From Bacteroidia bacterium (lineage in GTDB: Bacteria; Bacteroidota; Bacteroidia; M30B66): 64,000 bases of DNA. The translations under genes were made by a program, and so were the position numbers. Positions 51,140 through 60,653 of the stretch are shown piece after piece. Location of the stretch: NCBI GenBank assembly GCA_965279035.1, contig OZ257142.1, positions 192,001 to 256,000 on the forward strand, in the 5' to 3' direction. Positions within the stretch are counted from its first letter, which is position 1. The number at the start of each line of letters is the position of its first letter. A model generated the notes under the pieces. It had not been told where the DNA came from. It worked only from the letters and a program-made list of their open reading frames with translations, and did no database searches.

Positions 51140-52096
51140 TCAAGCTGAAGTTTTCATTGCTCGAAGATTCACCAACATATCGCCGGTCATTTTAGCTAAA
51201 TCGAATTCGGGATTCCAGTTCCAGTCTTTACGGGCTTCGCTGTCGTTGATTGAAGCAGGCCAGGAATCGGCAATGGCTTGGCGGAAATCGGGTGCATAGT
51301 CGATACGAAAATCGGGGATGTGTTTGCGTATTTCTTCAGCTAGATTTTCGGGTGAAAAGCTCATTGCTGCGAGATTATAGGAAGAACGAATACGAATCTG
51401 CTCAGCTGGAGCTTGCATAATTTGGATGGTGGCGTTAATGCCATCGGGCATGTACATCATCGGCAAACGCGTATTGGCCGAAAGGAAACTGGTGTAAGAA
51501 CCTTTCTCTATCGCTTCATGAAAAATGTGTACAGCATAATCGGTCGTTCCTCCGCCAGGTGCCGATTTCCAGCCTATCAATCCCGGATAACGCAGAGATC
51601 GAACATCTACGCCAAATTTCTGATGGTAATATTCGCACCAGCGTTCACCTGCCAATTTCGAAATGCCATACACGGTGGTTGGCTCAGCTATGGTGTTTTG
51701 TGGCGTTGCAATTCGAGGCGTAGTTGGACCAAATACAGCGATGGAACTCGGCCAGTAAAGTTTTTTAATCTTGCCTTCTTTAGCAGCATCCAACAAATGA
51801 AACAGCCCGTTCATGTTGAGATCCCAAGCTTTCATCGGGAATTTCTCTCCCGTTGCTGATAGCATCGCAGCTAACAGATACACTTCCGAAATGCGATACT
51901 TGGCAAATATCTCCGACAAACGCTGTGTATCTAAAACATTGAGTTGCTCAAATGGACCGTCCGATTCGGTGGGAATGTTCAAGTCGGCTGCAATTACTTG
52001 AGATGAACCGTGGATTTCACGAAGTCGGCTTACGAGTTCTGTTCCGATTTGACCGGAAGAACCAATTACCAGGATGTGATCCGTGGAAGAAGGCAT
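51140..52096 (-). CDS. NAD-dependent epimerase/dehydratase (L-threonine 3-dehydrogenase-like SDR)
   Basis: GSSGQIG, LSATGE, PSSIAVFG, YGISK, GGGTTDYA and RQAIADSWP. Confidence 0.88.
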   Translation of the reverse strand: MPSSTDHILVIGSSGQIGTELVSRLREIHGSSQVIAADLNIPTESDGPFEQLNVLDTQRLSEIFAKYRISEVYLLAAMLSATGEKFPMKAWDLNMNGLFHLLDAAKEGKIKKLYWPSSIAVFGPTTPRIATPQNTIAEPTTVYGISKLAGERWCEYYHQKFGVDVRSLRYPGLIGWKSAPGGGTTDYAVHIFHEAIEKGSYTSFLSANTRLPMMYMPDGINATIQIMQAPAEQIRIRSSYNLAAMSFSPENLAEEIRKHIPDFRIDYAPDFRQAIADSWPASINDSEARKDWNWNPEFDLAKMTGDMLVNLRAMKTSA

Positions 52097-52208
52097 AGTT
52101 TGGATGGTTTTGGGGCGATAAAGGTAGAAAAAGAGCGCTCATAGCAAGTGTCTCACAGCGATTCATCCACCTGCATGTGAAGAAAAAAATAAGACGACAC
52201 TCGATATG

Positions 52209-52240
52209 TTTGCATATTATATGTACACTTAGTATATTTG
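52209..52240 (+). promoter_or_regulatory. Consensus Bacteroidota promoter with putative MarR operator in the spacer
   Basis: TTTG (52209-52212), 20 nt spacer, TATATTTG (52233-52240). Imperfect palindrome ATATTATA-TGTACA-CTTAGTAT at 52214-52235. Confidence 0.65.
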
Positions 52241-52259
52241 TCGGCTCATACTCAAAACC

Positions 52260-52679
52260 ATGTGGAAAGGAAACGCAAGCATCATCACCCAAAAGGCTAC
52301 TATCGACCAGCTTTGGAAGACATTAACCGACATACAAAACTGGAACACTTGGGATCTGGACATTGCATGGACGAGCATAGAAGGTCCAGTAAAACTGGGC
52401 GCTGAATTTTACCTAAAGCCCAAAGATGGACCTAAAACCAAACTGCACATTTCGGAATACACTGCTCCCAATGTATTTAGTGACATTGCACATCTGCCCT
52501 TGGCAAAAATGCGAACTACTCATCGCTTTGTCCAAACAGAGCAGAGCGTAGAAATCCATATTGAAGTGGAAGTGCGCGGTTTATTGAGCTTTATCTGGAG
52601 CCGAATCATTGCTCAAAACCAGATTAAGGGCGCTGAGCAACAAACGCAAAACCTCATCAACAAAGCGGGCGAGCTATGA
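52260..52679 (+). CDS. SRPBCC/polyketide cyclase-like protein
   Basis: LWKTLTDIQNWNTWD helix-grip motif and GLLSFIW. Confidence 0.8.
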   Translation: MWKGNASIITQKATIDQLWKTLTDIQNWNTWDLDIAWTSIEGPVKLGAEFYLKPKDGPKTKLHISEYTAPNVFSDIAHLPLAKMRTTHRFVQTEQSVEIHIEVEVRGLLSFIWSRIIAQNQIKGAEQQTQNLINKAGEL

Positions 52680-53107
52680 GAGCACAAAAATTCTTCATCG
52701 GAGCTGTCTCGCGAGATCATACCAAACGAGGCGAATCGGGCGGTTTCATGCAAGTGTGTCATGGAAAACAAGCACCACTTAAACGCATGCAAAAAGGCGA
52801 TTGGATTATTTTCTATTCCTCCAAAATCTCCATGCAGGGCGAGGAAAAATGTCAGGCTTTTACAGCAATCGGACAAGCTTGCGATGAGGCCGTTTATGGC
52901 TTTGAAATGTCACCCGAGTTTGTGCCCTTTCGCAGAAACGTTTCATTTTATCCATGCGAGGAAACTGCCATTGCGCCGCTCATTCCACACTTAGAATTTA
53001 TTCCCGACAAAAAGCGTTGGGGATATCCGTTTCGATTTGGTTTCTTTGAAATCGGTGAAAAGGACTTTCGCCTAATTGCTTCACACATGCTTCCCAATGA
53101 GTTCTGA
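52676..53107 (+). CDS. EVE domain protein
   Basis: VSRDH...QVCHGKQAPLKRMQKGDWIIFYS, FTAIG and WGYPFRFGFFEIGEKDF. Confidence 0.9.
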   Translation: MRAQKFFIGAVSRDHTKRGESGGFMQVCHGKQAPLKRMQKGDWIIFYSSKISMQGEEKCQAFTAIGQACDEAVYGFEMSPEFVPFRRNVSFYPCEETAIAPLIPHLEFIPDKKRWGYPFRFGFFEIGEKDFRLIASHMLPNEF

Positions 53108-53564
53108 ACCAAACCCCTTTCAGTTTGAAGAAGCCAACGACAGCTCCGGATTTTTACTCTGGCAGGTAACAAGTCTTTGGCAACGCGAAATCCGCAAGGC
53201 ACTCGAACCCTTCGATTTAACTCATTCGCAATTCGTTCTCCTGGCGAGCATGCACTGGTTAACGCTCAAAAAAAAAGAAATCACACAAATCATCTTGTCG
53301 CAACACACCAAAATCGACCCGATGACAACCTCAACGGTCCTTCGCACCTTACAAAGCAAAGGCTTAATTGAGCGCAAAGAACACAGCACCGATACGCGCG
53401 CTAAATCAGTAGCACTCACACCTGCAGGAAAAACCAAAGTGCTTCAAACAGTCAAAATTGTAGAAGCTTTTGACGATGAATTTTTCGCCATCCTCGGCAA
53501 AGAAATTCCGGAATTCAATCAGAAATTGTTGCGGTTACTTGTTCCTAGAATGATTAAAAGTTAA
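53097..53564 (+). CDS. MarR family transcriptional regulator
   Basis: SGFLLWQVTSLWQR, LTHSQFVLL and DTRAKSVALTPAG. Start at MSSEP. Confidence 0.9.
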   Translation: MSSEPNPFQFEEANDSSGFLLWQVTSLWQREIRKALEPFDLTHSQFVLLASMHWLTLKKKEITQIILSQHTKIDPMTTSTVLRTLQSKGLIERKEHSTDTRAKSVALTPAGKTKVLQTVKIVEAFDDEFFAILGKEIPEFNQKLLRLLVPRMIKS

Positions 53565-53606
53565 AATCTAGAAGCTTATTAGAATCTTTAATTCCTGCAA
53601 CAGCAA

Positions 53607-53744
53607 CCTCGGACTTCAGTCCGAGTACCATTAAGAAAAATGCTAGTTCAGATAATTGAAATACAGCTGGTTGTCAAACACATTGCATTAGGGACCTCGG
53701 ACTGAAGTCAGAGGTTGCTATGGACAGAGGTTGGATTATATCAA
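53607..53744. repeat. Direct repeat copy 1 (138 bp) containing two REP-like palindromes
   Basis: CCTCGGACTTCAGTCCGAGT (53607-53626) and CCTCGGACTGAAGTCAGAGG (53695-53714). Near-identical to 56509-56647. Confidence 0.93.
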
Positions 53745-53761
53745 TGATATAGAGGCCGCGG

Positions 53762-56392
53762 CTAATGTTGAATAATCACCTTTCGGAATTCTTTTCTGTT
53801 GTTGCTATTCCAGCTAAGGATATAGATTCCCGCTTCTGCATTCACCGATATTTCCGATTGATTTGAAGAATAGGAAACATTACAATTTATTTCTCTTCCA
53901 TCGAGACTAAACAGCATAACGCTACCCTTGTCAATTGAATGTATGTGTTGAATATAAAAACGACCCTTGTTGGGATTTGGATAAATCGCCAATACGTCTG
54001 TTGTTTTTTCAATAGAAGTTGTAATTCCTCCTGTGTTTGCAAGCCATGAAAGAGGGTATTGATTGACTGCGTTTTTTAAGAACCGAATTAAATCTGGATA
54101 AGCATCATCATTCAAATCGGCATGACCAAAATTCATAATGTATTCATTATTATTGGAAGGTAGAAAGGTATCAGGGGCTGCAAATTCTGCAGTTCCATCA
54201 TTAAGGATTAACGCGCTCCTGTAATTGATACTTGATGTTGATACATAAGCCAATAACACAACATCGACATCATTATCTAAGTCAAAATCCATAGACTCCA
54301 AAGCCACACCTTTCCAATTAGGTTGTGTCGTAATAAAAGCCTCCTGAGGATTAAAGTTTCCTCCTCCCATATTCTCAAAATACAAAAAATAATTGGGGTT
54401 CGCTGTAGAACCAAATGCAGCAACTAGCAAATCATTTCGTTGATCTTGATTAATATCAGCCACTTTAATGTCTTTAATTGACAATAATTGATTGGTAATT
54501 ACCCTAATAGTATCGAACAAACCATTTCCCAATGATTTCATCCAAATTGCAGAAGTATTACTCCCAGAAATTAGATCGGGGAAATTGTCTTGATCCAAAT
54601 CGGCAGTCAATAATAATTCACTTCCCCAAGTAACAGAATCGGCAATGAGCATTGGTAATTCAAAAACACCATTGCCCGAGTTACGTATTGAATACACTTT
54701 TCGATAGGTGTTGTAATATCCCAATTTGAATGTTCCAGCTAAATCAATATTTCCATCTTGATCAAAATCGGCAGCAGTGATTTTTGCTCCAGAATTCATA
54801 TGATTTGCAATTATTTCCGGATCCTGAAAATCCCCAATGCCATTGTTCCGGAATAGTTGAATGTTAGAATCGGCAATAGATACAGCTACGATATCCAAGT
54901 CTAAATCATTGTCAAAATCTGCCACACTGATATCTTTCAAATTCAATACAGAATAGGAAATAATTATTGGTTCGCTAAAGTTTCCTGCACCCATATTATC
55001 GAAATACACCAGTTTATCATCATTCTTCGATCCCGCAACAAGGTCCTGATCTCCATCTCCATCAACATCGGCTGGAATTACATTTTGAATATTTACAAGT
55101 TTTGGATAAACAACAAGTCGGTTATTCCAATCTCCATTATTGTTTCTTTGGTAAACCGATAATGTTCCATAATCTGAATCTCCTGCAACTAAAATTTCAT
55201 TAATTCCATCATTATTTAAATCGACAGTACAATTCCATAATCCCTCTGTATTTTTATGATCAATTGGATTTATTAAAAAATTAGATCCGTCTCCAGTGTT
55301 TTCGAAAATGAGCATTACAGAAAACAATCCCAATAAATCTATATCTCCATCAGCATCAATATCTGACGTGGTGAAATGACCAGCATTTGAATTATTAAAT
55401 GGAATTGGATTCCCAAACTGCCCAGCACCAAAATTTCTTTGCCAATAGGAATTACCATCATATTTATTGTAAACAAAATCAATGAGCGAATCACCATTCA
55501 AATCAGCTAATTTGAAATAGAACACTTGGTGTTCGCTAGCCCCGGTTATCCACTGTTTCGGACCAAAACTACCATTGCCTAGGTTTTCCATCCATCCTGC
55601 AAAACCATTAAAACCGGATGCAAAAAAGACATCTAAATCTCCATCGTTTTCTATATCGCCCAATTCTACATTAAAACCTTGAATGGTGCTATCACTTAAT
55701 ATAGTTTCAATAGAAAATAGCGTATCATTAAATGAGTTATTACTGAATACAGAAATTTTTCCAGGAAGGTCACTAAATCCATATGGGTCAATGGTGTCGT
55801 TGAAATATTCAACCGTTGATTGTAAACTTGAAGCTACTATTTCTAGACCTTGAGAACTATCTAAATTACCTGCACGTACGGTTGAAATATGTCCGAAATT
55901 CTTAGCAATAAACTTCCCTTCAGAAAATAAACCATTTCCTAATCCTTGGTATATAAATATTCTTCCTTGTTCTTTAGATGGTGGCGGTGGTGGCGGTCCA
56001 GGACCAAACGAATTAACGATTCCAATATTCCCAGAGTTGTTAGGAACGATATAATTAACAGCACAAACCACATCTTTTTTCCCATCCTCATCCACATCTG
56101 CCACAATCATATTATTAAAACTCCAGCCAATAAAGGCGGTATCCCAAGGTGGATTGCTCAGTTGGATGGGCTCTGAAAATCCATTATTCCCATTGTTTGG
56201 CCACCAATACACATTGCTGGAAAAGGCAATGATGGCATCCTCAAATCCATCTTGGTTAAAATCCCCTTTGTCAATGGAAACAGGATAACCCAAAATCATA
56301 TTATGAATGAGATTGTTAGGAGTTCCAAATTGAGCCTTTGCATTCGTACTGTAACAGGCTAAAAGCAAGTAACATATTAGAAACCTATTCAT
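53762..56392 (-). CDS. FG-GAP/VCBS-repeat secreted protein with T9SS type A sorting domain
   Basis: Signal peptide MNRFLICYLLLACYSTNAKAQ, many DxDxDGDxD loops (ADVDGDGDQDLV, ADFDNDLDLDIV), and C-terminal IYPNPNKG...AGIYIL...KVIIQH. Confidence 0.9.
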   Translation of the reverse strand: MNRFLICYLLLACYSTNAKAQFGTPNNLIHNMILGYPVSIDKGDFNQDGFEDAIIAFSSNVYWWPNNGNNGFSEPIQLSNPPWDTAFIGWSFNNMIVADVDEDGKKDVVCAVNYIVPNNSGNIGIVNSFGPGPPPPPPSKEQGRIFIYQGLGNGLFSEGKFIAKNFGHISTVRAGNLDSSQGLEIVASSLQSTVEYFNDTIDPYGFSDLPGKISVFSNNSFNDTLFSIETILSDSTIQGFNVELGDIENDGDLDVFFASGFNGFAGWMENLGNGSFGPKQWITGASEHQVFYFKLADLNGDSLIDFVYNKYDGNSYWQRNFGAGQFGNPIPFNNSNAGHFTTSDIDADGDIDLLGLFSVMLIFENTGDGSNFLINPIDHKNTEGLWNCTVDLNNDGINEILVAGDSDYGTLSVYQRNNNGDWNNRLVVYPKLVNIQNVIPADVDGDGDQDLVAGSKNDDKLVYFDNMGAGNFSEPIIISYSVLNLKDISVADFDNDLDLDIVAVSIADSNIQLFRNNGIGDFQDPEIIANHMNSGAKITAADFDQDGNIDLAGTFKLGYYNTYRKVYSIRNSGNGVFELPMLIADSVTWGSELLLTADLDQDNFPDLISGSNTSAIWMKSLGNGLFDTIRVITNQLLSIKDIKVADINQDQRNDLLVAAFGSTANPNYFLYFENMGGGNFNPQEAFITTQPNWKGVALESMDFDLDNDVDVVLLAYVSTSSINYRSALILNDGTAEFAAPDTFLPSNNNEYIMNFGHADLNDDAYPDLIRFLKNAVNQYPLSWLANTGGITTSIEKTTDVLAIYPNPNKGRFYIQHIHSIDKGSVMLFSLDGREINCNVSYSSNQSEISVNAEAGIYILSWNSNNRKEFRKVIIQH

Positions 56393-56508
56393 AATAAAAT
56401 AGTTGTATGTGTAAAAATACTCCGAAAAGCAAAGAGACTTATTGCCTAAATGTTGAATAGTTGCATTTTTATTAACAGGCTTTATTAGCTCAAATCCAGC
56501 ATCTGCAC

Positions 56509-56647
56509 CCTCGGACTGAAGTCCGAGGACCATTAAGAAAAATGCTAGTTCAGATAATTGAAACTACAACTGGATGCCAAACACATTGCATTAGGGACCT
56601 CGGACTGAAGTCAGAGGTTGCTATGGACAGATGTTGGATTATATCAA
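56509..56647. repeat. Direct repeat copy 2 (139 bp) containing two REP-like palindromes
   Basis: CCTCGGACTGAAGTCCGAGG (56509-56528) and CCTCGGACTGAAGTCAGAGG (56598-56617). By eye, 7 substitutions and 1 indel versus copy 1. Confidence 0.93.
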
Positions 56648-56657
56648 CAACATTCGA

Positions 56658-56704
56658 TGCTATCCCCGGACTTCAGTCCGGGGATGCGGGGGGTGGGGAT
56701 AGCA
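56658..56704. repeat. Fifth, variant REP-like palindrome
   Basis: ATCCCCGGACTTCAGTCCGGGGAT (56662-56685) shares the CGGACTTCAGTCCG core. TGCTATCCCC can alternatively pair with GGGGATAGCA (56695-56704). Confidence 0.8.
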
Positions 56705-56761
56705 AATTCCTACTATAAAATTCCCCTAATTCTCTACCTTTGCAGCTCTATAAAATCACGC

Positions 56762-57823
56762 ATGTTTTTACACAACCGTGTCAATAAAGACGAGCTACGA
56801 GCGCGCATTCAGGCTGATAATACGCCACGCAACACGCTCTCTTTTTACCGATACGTTATTTTGGAAGATGCCCCTACTTTCCGCGATCAGCTATACAAAG
56901 AATGGCACGAACTGGGTGTTTTAGGTCGCATCTATTTGGCTTACGAAGGTGTGAATGCACAATTAAGCGTTCCAACAGCCAACTTCGAAGCTTTCCGAAA
57001 ACAAATCGATTCGCATCCTCAATTCAAAGATGTACCCTTTAAAATTGCCGTTGAAGATGATGGTAAATCGTTTATCAAACTGGTCATTAAAGTGCGCAAG
57101 AAGATTGTTGCTGATGGTCTCGACGACAATGCCTTCGATGTAACCAATGTTGGTAAACACCTAAGTGCCGAGGAATTCAACGAAGCAATGAACACGCCCG
57201 GAGTGGTGGTGGTGGATATGCGCAATCATTACGAAGCTGAAGTTGGTCGTTTCGAAGGAGCTATAACGCCCGATGTAGATACCTTTCGTGAGGAATTGCC
57301 TTGGGTAGTAGAAAACCTCAAAGACAAAAAAGACCAGAAAGTGCTCATGTATTGCACCGGTGGAATTCGTTGCGAAAAAGCAAGTGCTTACCTGCGCCAT
57401 CATGGATTTGAGGATGTGAACCAATTGTATGGTGGCATTATTTCTTATGCCCAAGAAATCAAGGAAAAAGGCATCGAGTCGAAATTCAAGGGGAAAAACT
57501 TTGTCTTTGATGAGCGTTTAGGCGAACGCATTACCGATGATATCCTCAGTAATTGTCACCAATGTGGCGAACCATGCGATACACACACTAACTGTGCGAA
57601 CGTAGATTGCAACCTGCTTTTCATTCAATGTGAGAATTGCCAAAAAGAATTCAACGGCTGTTGCAGTGCTGAGTGCATGGAAATTATTGCCTTACCCGAA
57701 GAAACCCAGAAAGAACTCCGCAAAAACAAAAATTACCAATACAGCAATATGTTGTACCGCAAAGGCCGACTTCGTCCAAGTGGACCACAACTTCAACAAT
57801 ACACGCTTAAATCCAAGTCATGA
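56762..57823 (+). CDS. trhO: Rhodanese-related tRNA uridine(34) hydroxylase (UPF0176)
   Basis: [42 protein letters not shown] and a Cys-rich C-terminus. TACCTTTG box at 56735-56742. Confidence 0.93.
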   Translation: MFLHNRVNKDELRARIQADNTPRNTLSFYRYVILEDAPTFRDQLYKEWHELGVLGRIYLAYEGVNAQLSVPTANFEAFRKQIDSHPQFKDVPFKIAVEDDGKSFIKLVIKVRKKIVADGLDDNAFDVTNVGKHLSAEEFNEAMNTPGVVVVDMRNHYEAEVGRFEGAITPDVDTFREELPWVVENLKDKKDQKVLMYCTGGIRCEKASAYLRHHGFEDVNQLYGGIISYAQEIKEKGIESKFKGKNFVFDERLGERITDDILSNCHQCGEPCDTHTNCANVDCNLLFIQCENCQKEFNGCCSAECMEIIALPEETQKELRKNKNYQYSNMLYRKGRLRPSGPQLQQYTLKSKS

Positions 57824-58599
57824 GCTTCCAAAATATTCTCGTTTCTGTAAACGAAGGCATTCAAACCATCACCGTAAATCGTCCCGACAAACTCAATGCG
57901 CTGAATTACCTAACCATTCAGGAGATTGGTCAAGCAGTTAAGCAAGGGAACAAAAATCCAGAAGTATTTGGGATGATTCTCACCGGCTCTGGTGATAAAG
58001 CCTTTGTGGCAGGAGCCGACATTAGCGAGTTTTCTTCCTATGGCGATATTGAAGCAGAGAAACTTAGTCGCGACGGAGGTGATGTTTTTAATAGCATCGA
58101 ACGTTCGGATAAACCAGTCATTGCAGCGGTAAACGGATTTGCATTGGGCGGTGGTTGCGAATTGGCGATGTCGTGTCAGATTCGTGTGGCATCTGAAAAT
58201 GCTCGTTTTGGACAACCCGAAGTGAATCTAGGTTTGATTCCCGGATATGCCGGAACACAACGTTTGGTGCAGCTTATTGGAAAAGGAAAAGCACTCGAAT
58301 TGTTGATGACTGCCGATATGATTGGTGCTGAAGAAGCGCATCGTTTAGGTTTAGTCAACCATGTGGTTCCGCAAGCCGAATTGATAAACAAAGCCACCGA
58401 AATCCTTAAAAAGATTGGCACAAAAGCACCATTAGCAATTGCTGCTGTAATTCGTTGCGTGAATGCTCATTTTCAATATGATGAAAACGGTTTCGATACA
58501 GAGATTCGCGAGTTTGCAGGATGTTTTGGAACCGAAGATTTTAAAGAAGGAACCGAAGCCTTTTTAGGAAAGCGTAAGGCGGAATTCAAAGGGAAATAA
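57820..58599 (+). CDS. Enoyl-CoA hydratase/crotonase family protein
   Basis: [20 protein letters not shown] and [12 protein letters not shown]. Confidence 0.93.
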   Translation: MSFQNILVSVNEGIQTITVNRPDKLNALNYLTIQEIGQAVKQGNKNPEVFGMILTGSGDKAFVAGADISEFSSYGDIEAEKLSRDGGDVFNSIERSDKPVIAAVNGFALGGGCELAMSCQIRVASENARFGQPEVNLGLIPGYAGTQRLVQLIGKGKALELLMTADMIGAEEAHRLGLVNHVVPQAELINKATEILKKIGTKAPLAIAAVIRCVNAHFQYDENGFDTEIREFAGCFGTEDFKEGTEAFLGKRKAEFKGK

Positions 58600-58696
58600 A
58601 TCATTCTAAAATCCGATATATTCGGATGAACGAAATGTGATGGAGATTGATAGGAAAAAAACGTCCTTTGTTGCTGAAGCAAATGATTGATAAAGC

Positions 58697-60181
58697 GTGA
58701 ATCCTCTGCGTAAACTTGCTGGTCAAACGGCCATCTATGGGTTAAGTTCCATCGTTGGTCGACTGCTGAATTACCTACTGGTTCCGATTCACACGCGTGT
58801 TTTTCTTCCAGAAGCATATGGTGTAGTTACAGAAATGTATTCCTACGTTGCTTTCTTGATGATTGTGCTTACCTATGGTTTCGAAACTTCCTTCTTTCGA
58901 TTCGCCAGCAATCAAGAGGATCGTCCGCGTATTTATGCTACATCCCTCATTTCGCTCCTTATTAGTTCACTTGGGTTTTTCATCCTCTGTTGGATATTCG
59001 CAGGACCAATTGCTGAGTACATCCAATATCCCGAACATTCCGAATACATTGTTTGGTTTGCACTCATTTTAACCACCGATGCCGCTACTAGCATCCCATT
59101 CGCCAAACTACGACTCGAAAACCGCCCACTCAAATTTGCTTTTCTCAAGCTGGTAAACATTGGCGTGAATGTGCTAATTAATTTGTTTTTCCTGATGCTT
59201 TGTCCGTGGTTGCTCGAAAACGGTAGCCCATCTATTCAGGATGCTGTTCTTGATATCTATGATCCGAATATGGGTATTGGATATGTGTTCATTGCCAATC
59301 TGGTAGCGAGTTTAGTTACGTTTATCCTGCTAATTCCCGATATGTGGAAAATGAGCTGGAAATTCGACAATGAACTTTGGCAACGTATGATGAGGTATAG
59401 TTTGCCCTTGTTGATTGGCGGATTGGCGGGCACAACCAACGAAATGTTTAGTCGGATGAGCATGAAATATCAGCTTCCTAAATCCATTGCGATGCACGAT
59501 TTAGGGGTTTTTGGAGCCTGCTACAAAGTGGCTATTTTGATGACCATTTTCATTCAAACGTTTCGCTTTGCAGCTGAACCATTTTTCTTCACTCAAGCCC
59601 GGGAGAAAAACGCCAAAAAGCTCTACGCCGATGTGATGCACTGGTTTGTAATCGCTTGTAGTTTGATTTATTTAGGTGTGCTCATCTTCATGAATATTGT
59701 GCAGGAATTCATTGGAGAAGCCTATCACGAAGGATTGGTGGTTGTGCCCATTTTACTCATGGCTCAGCTGTTTTTGGGTGTGTTTTTCAACTTAAGTATT
59801 TGGTTTAAACTGAACGACCGCACATCAATTGGCGCTTGGTTGGCCATTTTCGGATCTGTACTCACCTTGATTCTAAACTATTTTTGGGTGCCGAAATTTG
59901 GTTATGTAGGTGCTTCCTGGGCTACGTTTGTGGTGTATTTGATGATGTTGATTGCCTCGTATCTGTTGGGACAGAAATATTATCCTATTGAATATGATTT
60001 ACGTCGGGTAATTGGTTATCCGGCCTCGGTTGCCATCATTGTTTGGCTTTACACACAGTATCTTCCTATGGAAGGCGCTCTATCATGGGTGCTAAAAAGC
60101 TTGATATTGTTAGCTTTTATTGGTGTTGTGTGGCTTCTTGAGGTACGGAAAAAAACCGTAATTTCGTCCCCTTCAACCTAA
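58697..60181 (+). CDS. Polysaccharide/oligosaccharide flippase family protein (GTG start)
   Basis: [16 protein letters not shown] and [12 protein letters not shown], with about 14 TM segments. Confidence 0.88.
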   Translation: MNPLRKLAGQTAIYGLSSIVGRLLNYLLVPIHTRVFLPEAYGVVTEMYSYVAFLMIVLTYGFETSFFRFASNQEDRPRIYATSLISLLISSLGFFILCWIFAGPIAEYIQYPEHSEYIVWFALILTTDAATSIPFAKLRLENRPLKFAFLKLVNIGVNVLINLFFLMLCPWLLENGSPSIQDAVLDIYDPNMGIGYVFIANLVASLVTFILLIPDMWKMSWKFDNELWQRMMRYSLPLLIGGLAGTTNEMFSRMSMKYQLPKSIAMHDLGVFGACYKVAILMTIFIQTFRFAAEPFFFTQAREKNAKKLYADVMHWFVIACSLIYLGVLIFMNIVQEFIGEAYHEGLVVVPILLMAQLFLGVFFNLSIWFKLNDRTSIGAWLAIFGSVLTLILNYFWVPKFGYVGASWATFVVYLMMLIASYLLGQKYYPIEYDLRRVIGYPASVAIIVWLYTQYLPMEGALSWVLKSLILLAFIGVVWLLEVRKKTVISSPST

Positions 60182-60194
60182 AAAACATCCTCGT

Positions 60195-60629
60195 ATGAAA
60201 ATCAGAATCATCAACCAGTCGGCACACGCGCTGCCGGAATATGGAACTGAACATGCCGCCGGATGTGATTTACGAGCCAACTTAAGCGAACCGGTTGTTC
60301 TCGCACCTCTTGGACGCGCTTTAATTCCTACCGGATTGTTTTTAGAAATCCCTGTTGGATTAGAAGGACAAGTCCGCCCACGTAGCGGATTAGCAGCTAA
60401 GCATGGAGTAACAGTGCTCAATTCACCCGGAACCATTGATGCAGATTACCGCGGAGAAGTAAAAGTGATCCTAGTAAACTTATCGGATACCGCTTTTACG
60501 ATTAACAATGGAGAGCGAATCGCCCAGTTGGTTGTAGCCAAACACGAACGTGCCGAATGGGAAGAAAGTTCTAGTCTTGCCGATTCAGAGCGCGGTGCTG
60601 GAGGATTTGGTCATACCGGAGTTCATTAA
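60195..60629 (+). CDS. dut: dUTP diphosphatase
   Basis: [28 protein letters not shown] and [10 protein letters not shown]. Confidence 0.97.
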   Translation: MKIRIINQSAHALPEYGTEHAAGCDLRANLSEPVVLAPLGRALIPTGLFLEIPVGLEGQVRPRSGLAAKHGVTVLNSPGTIDADYRGEVKVILVNLSDTAFTINNGERIAQLVVAKHERAEWEESSSLADSERGAGGFGHTGVH

Positions 60630-60653
60630 AAAAATCTACCCTAATTTTCAGGA

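Noticed and set aside
53607-56647. Composite transposon or IS element
   Set aside because: The repeats are non-coding and too short for an IS. I found no transposase and no clear target-site duplication.
53607-56704. CRISPR array or integron attC interpretation of the palindromic repeats
   Set aside because: The spacers are ~68 nt and are themselves duplicated rather than unique. Units are inverted, there are only five, and no cas or intI gene is in the window.
56393-56761. N-terminal extensions of the FG-GAP gene (to 56533) and trhO (from 56618) in the ORF track
   Set aside because: The extensions run into the repeat DNA. The signal peptide and promoter box support starts at 56392 and 56762.
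20150-57823. Apparent enrichment of tRNA-modification genes (queA, tilS, trmB, trhO)
   Set aside because: They are scattered in separate operons on both strands, consistent with chance in core genome.
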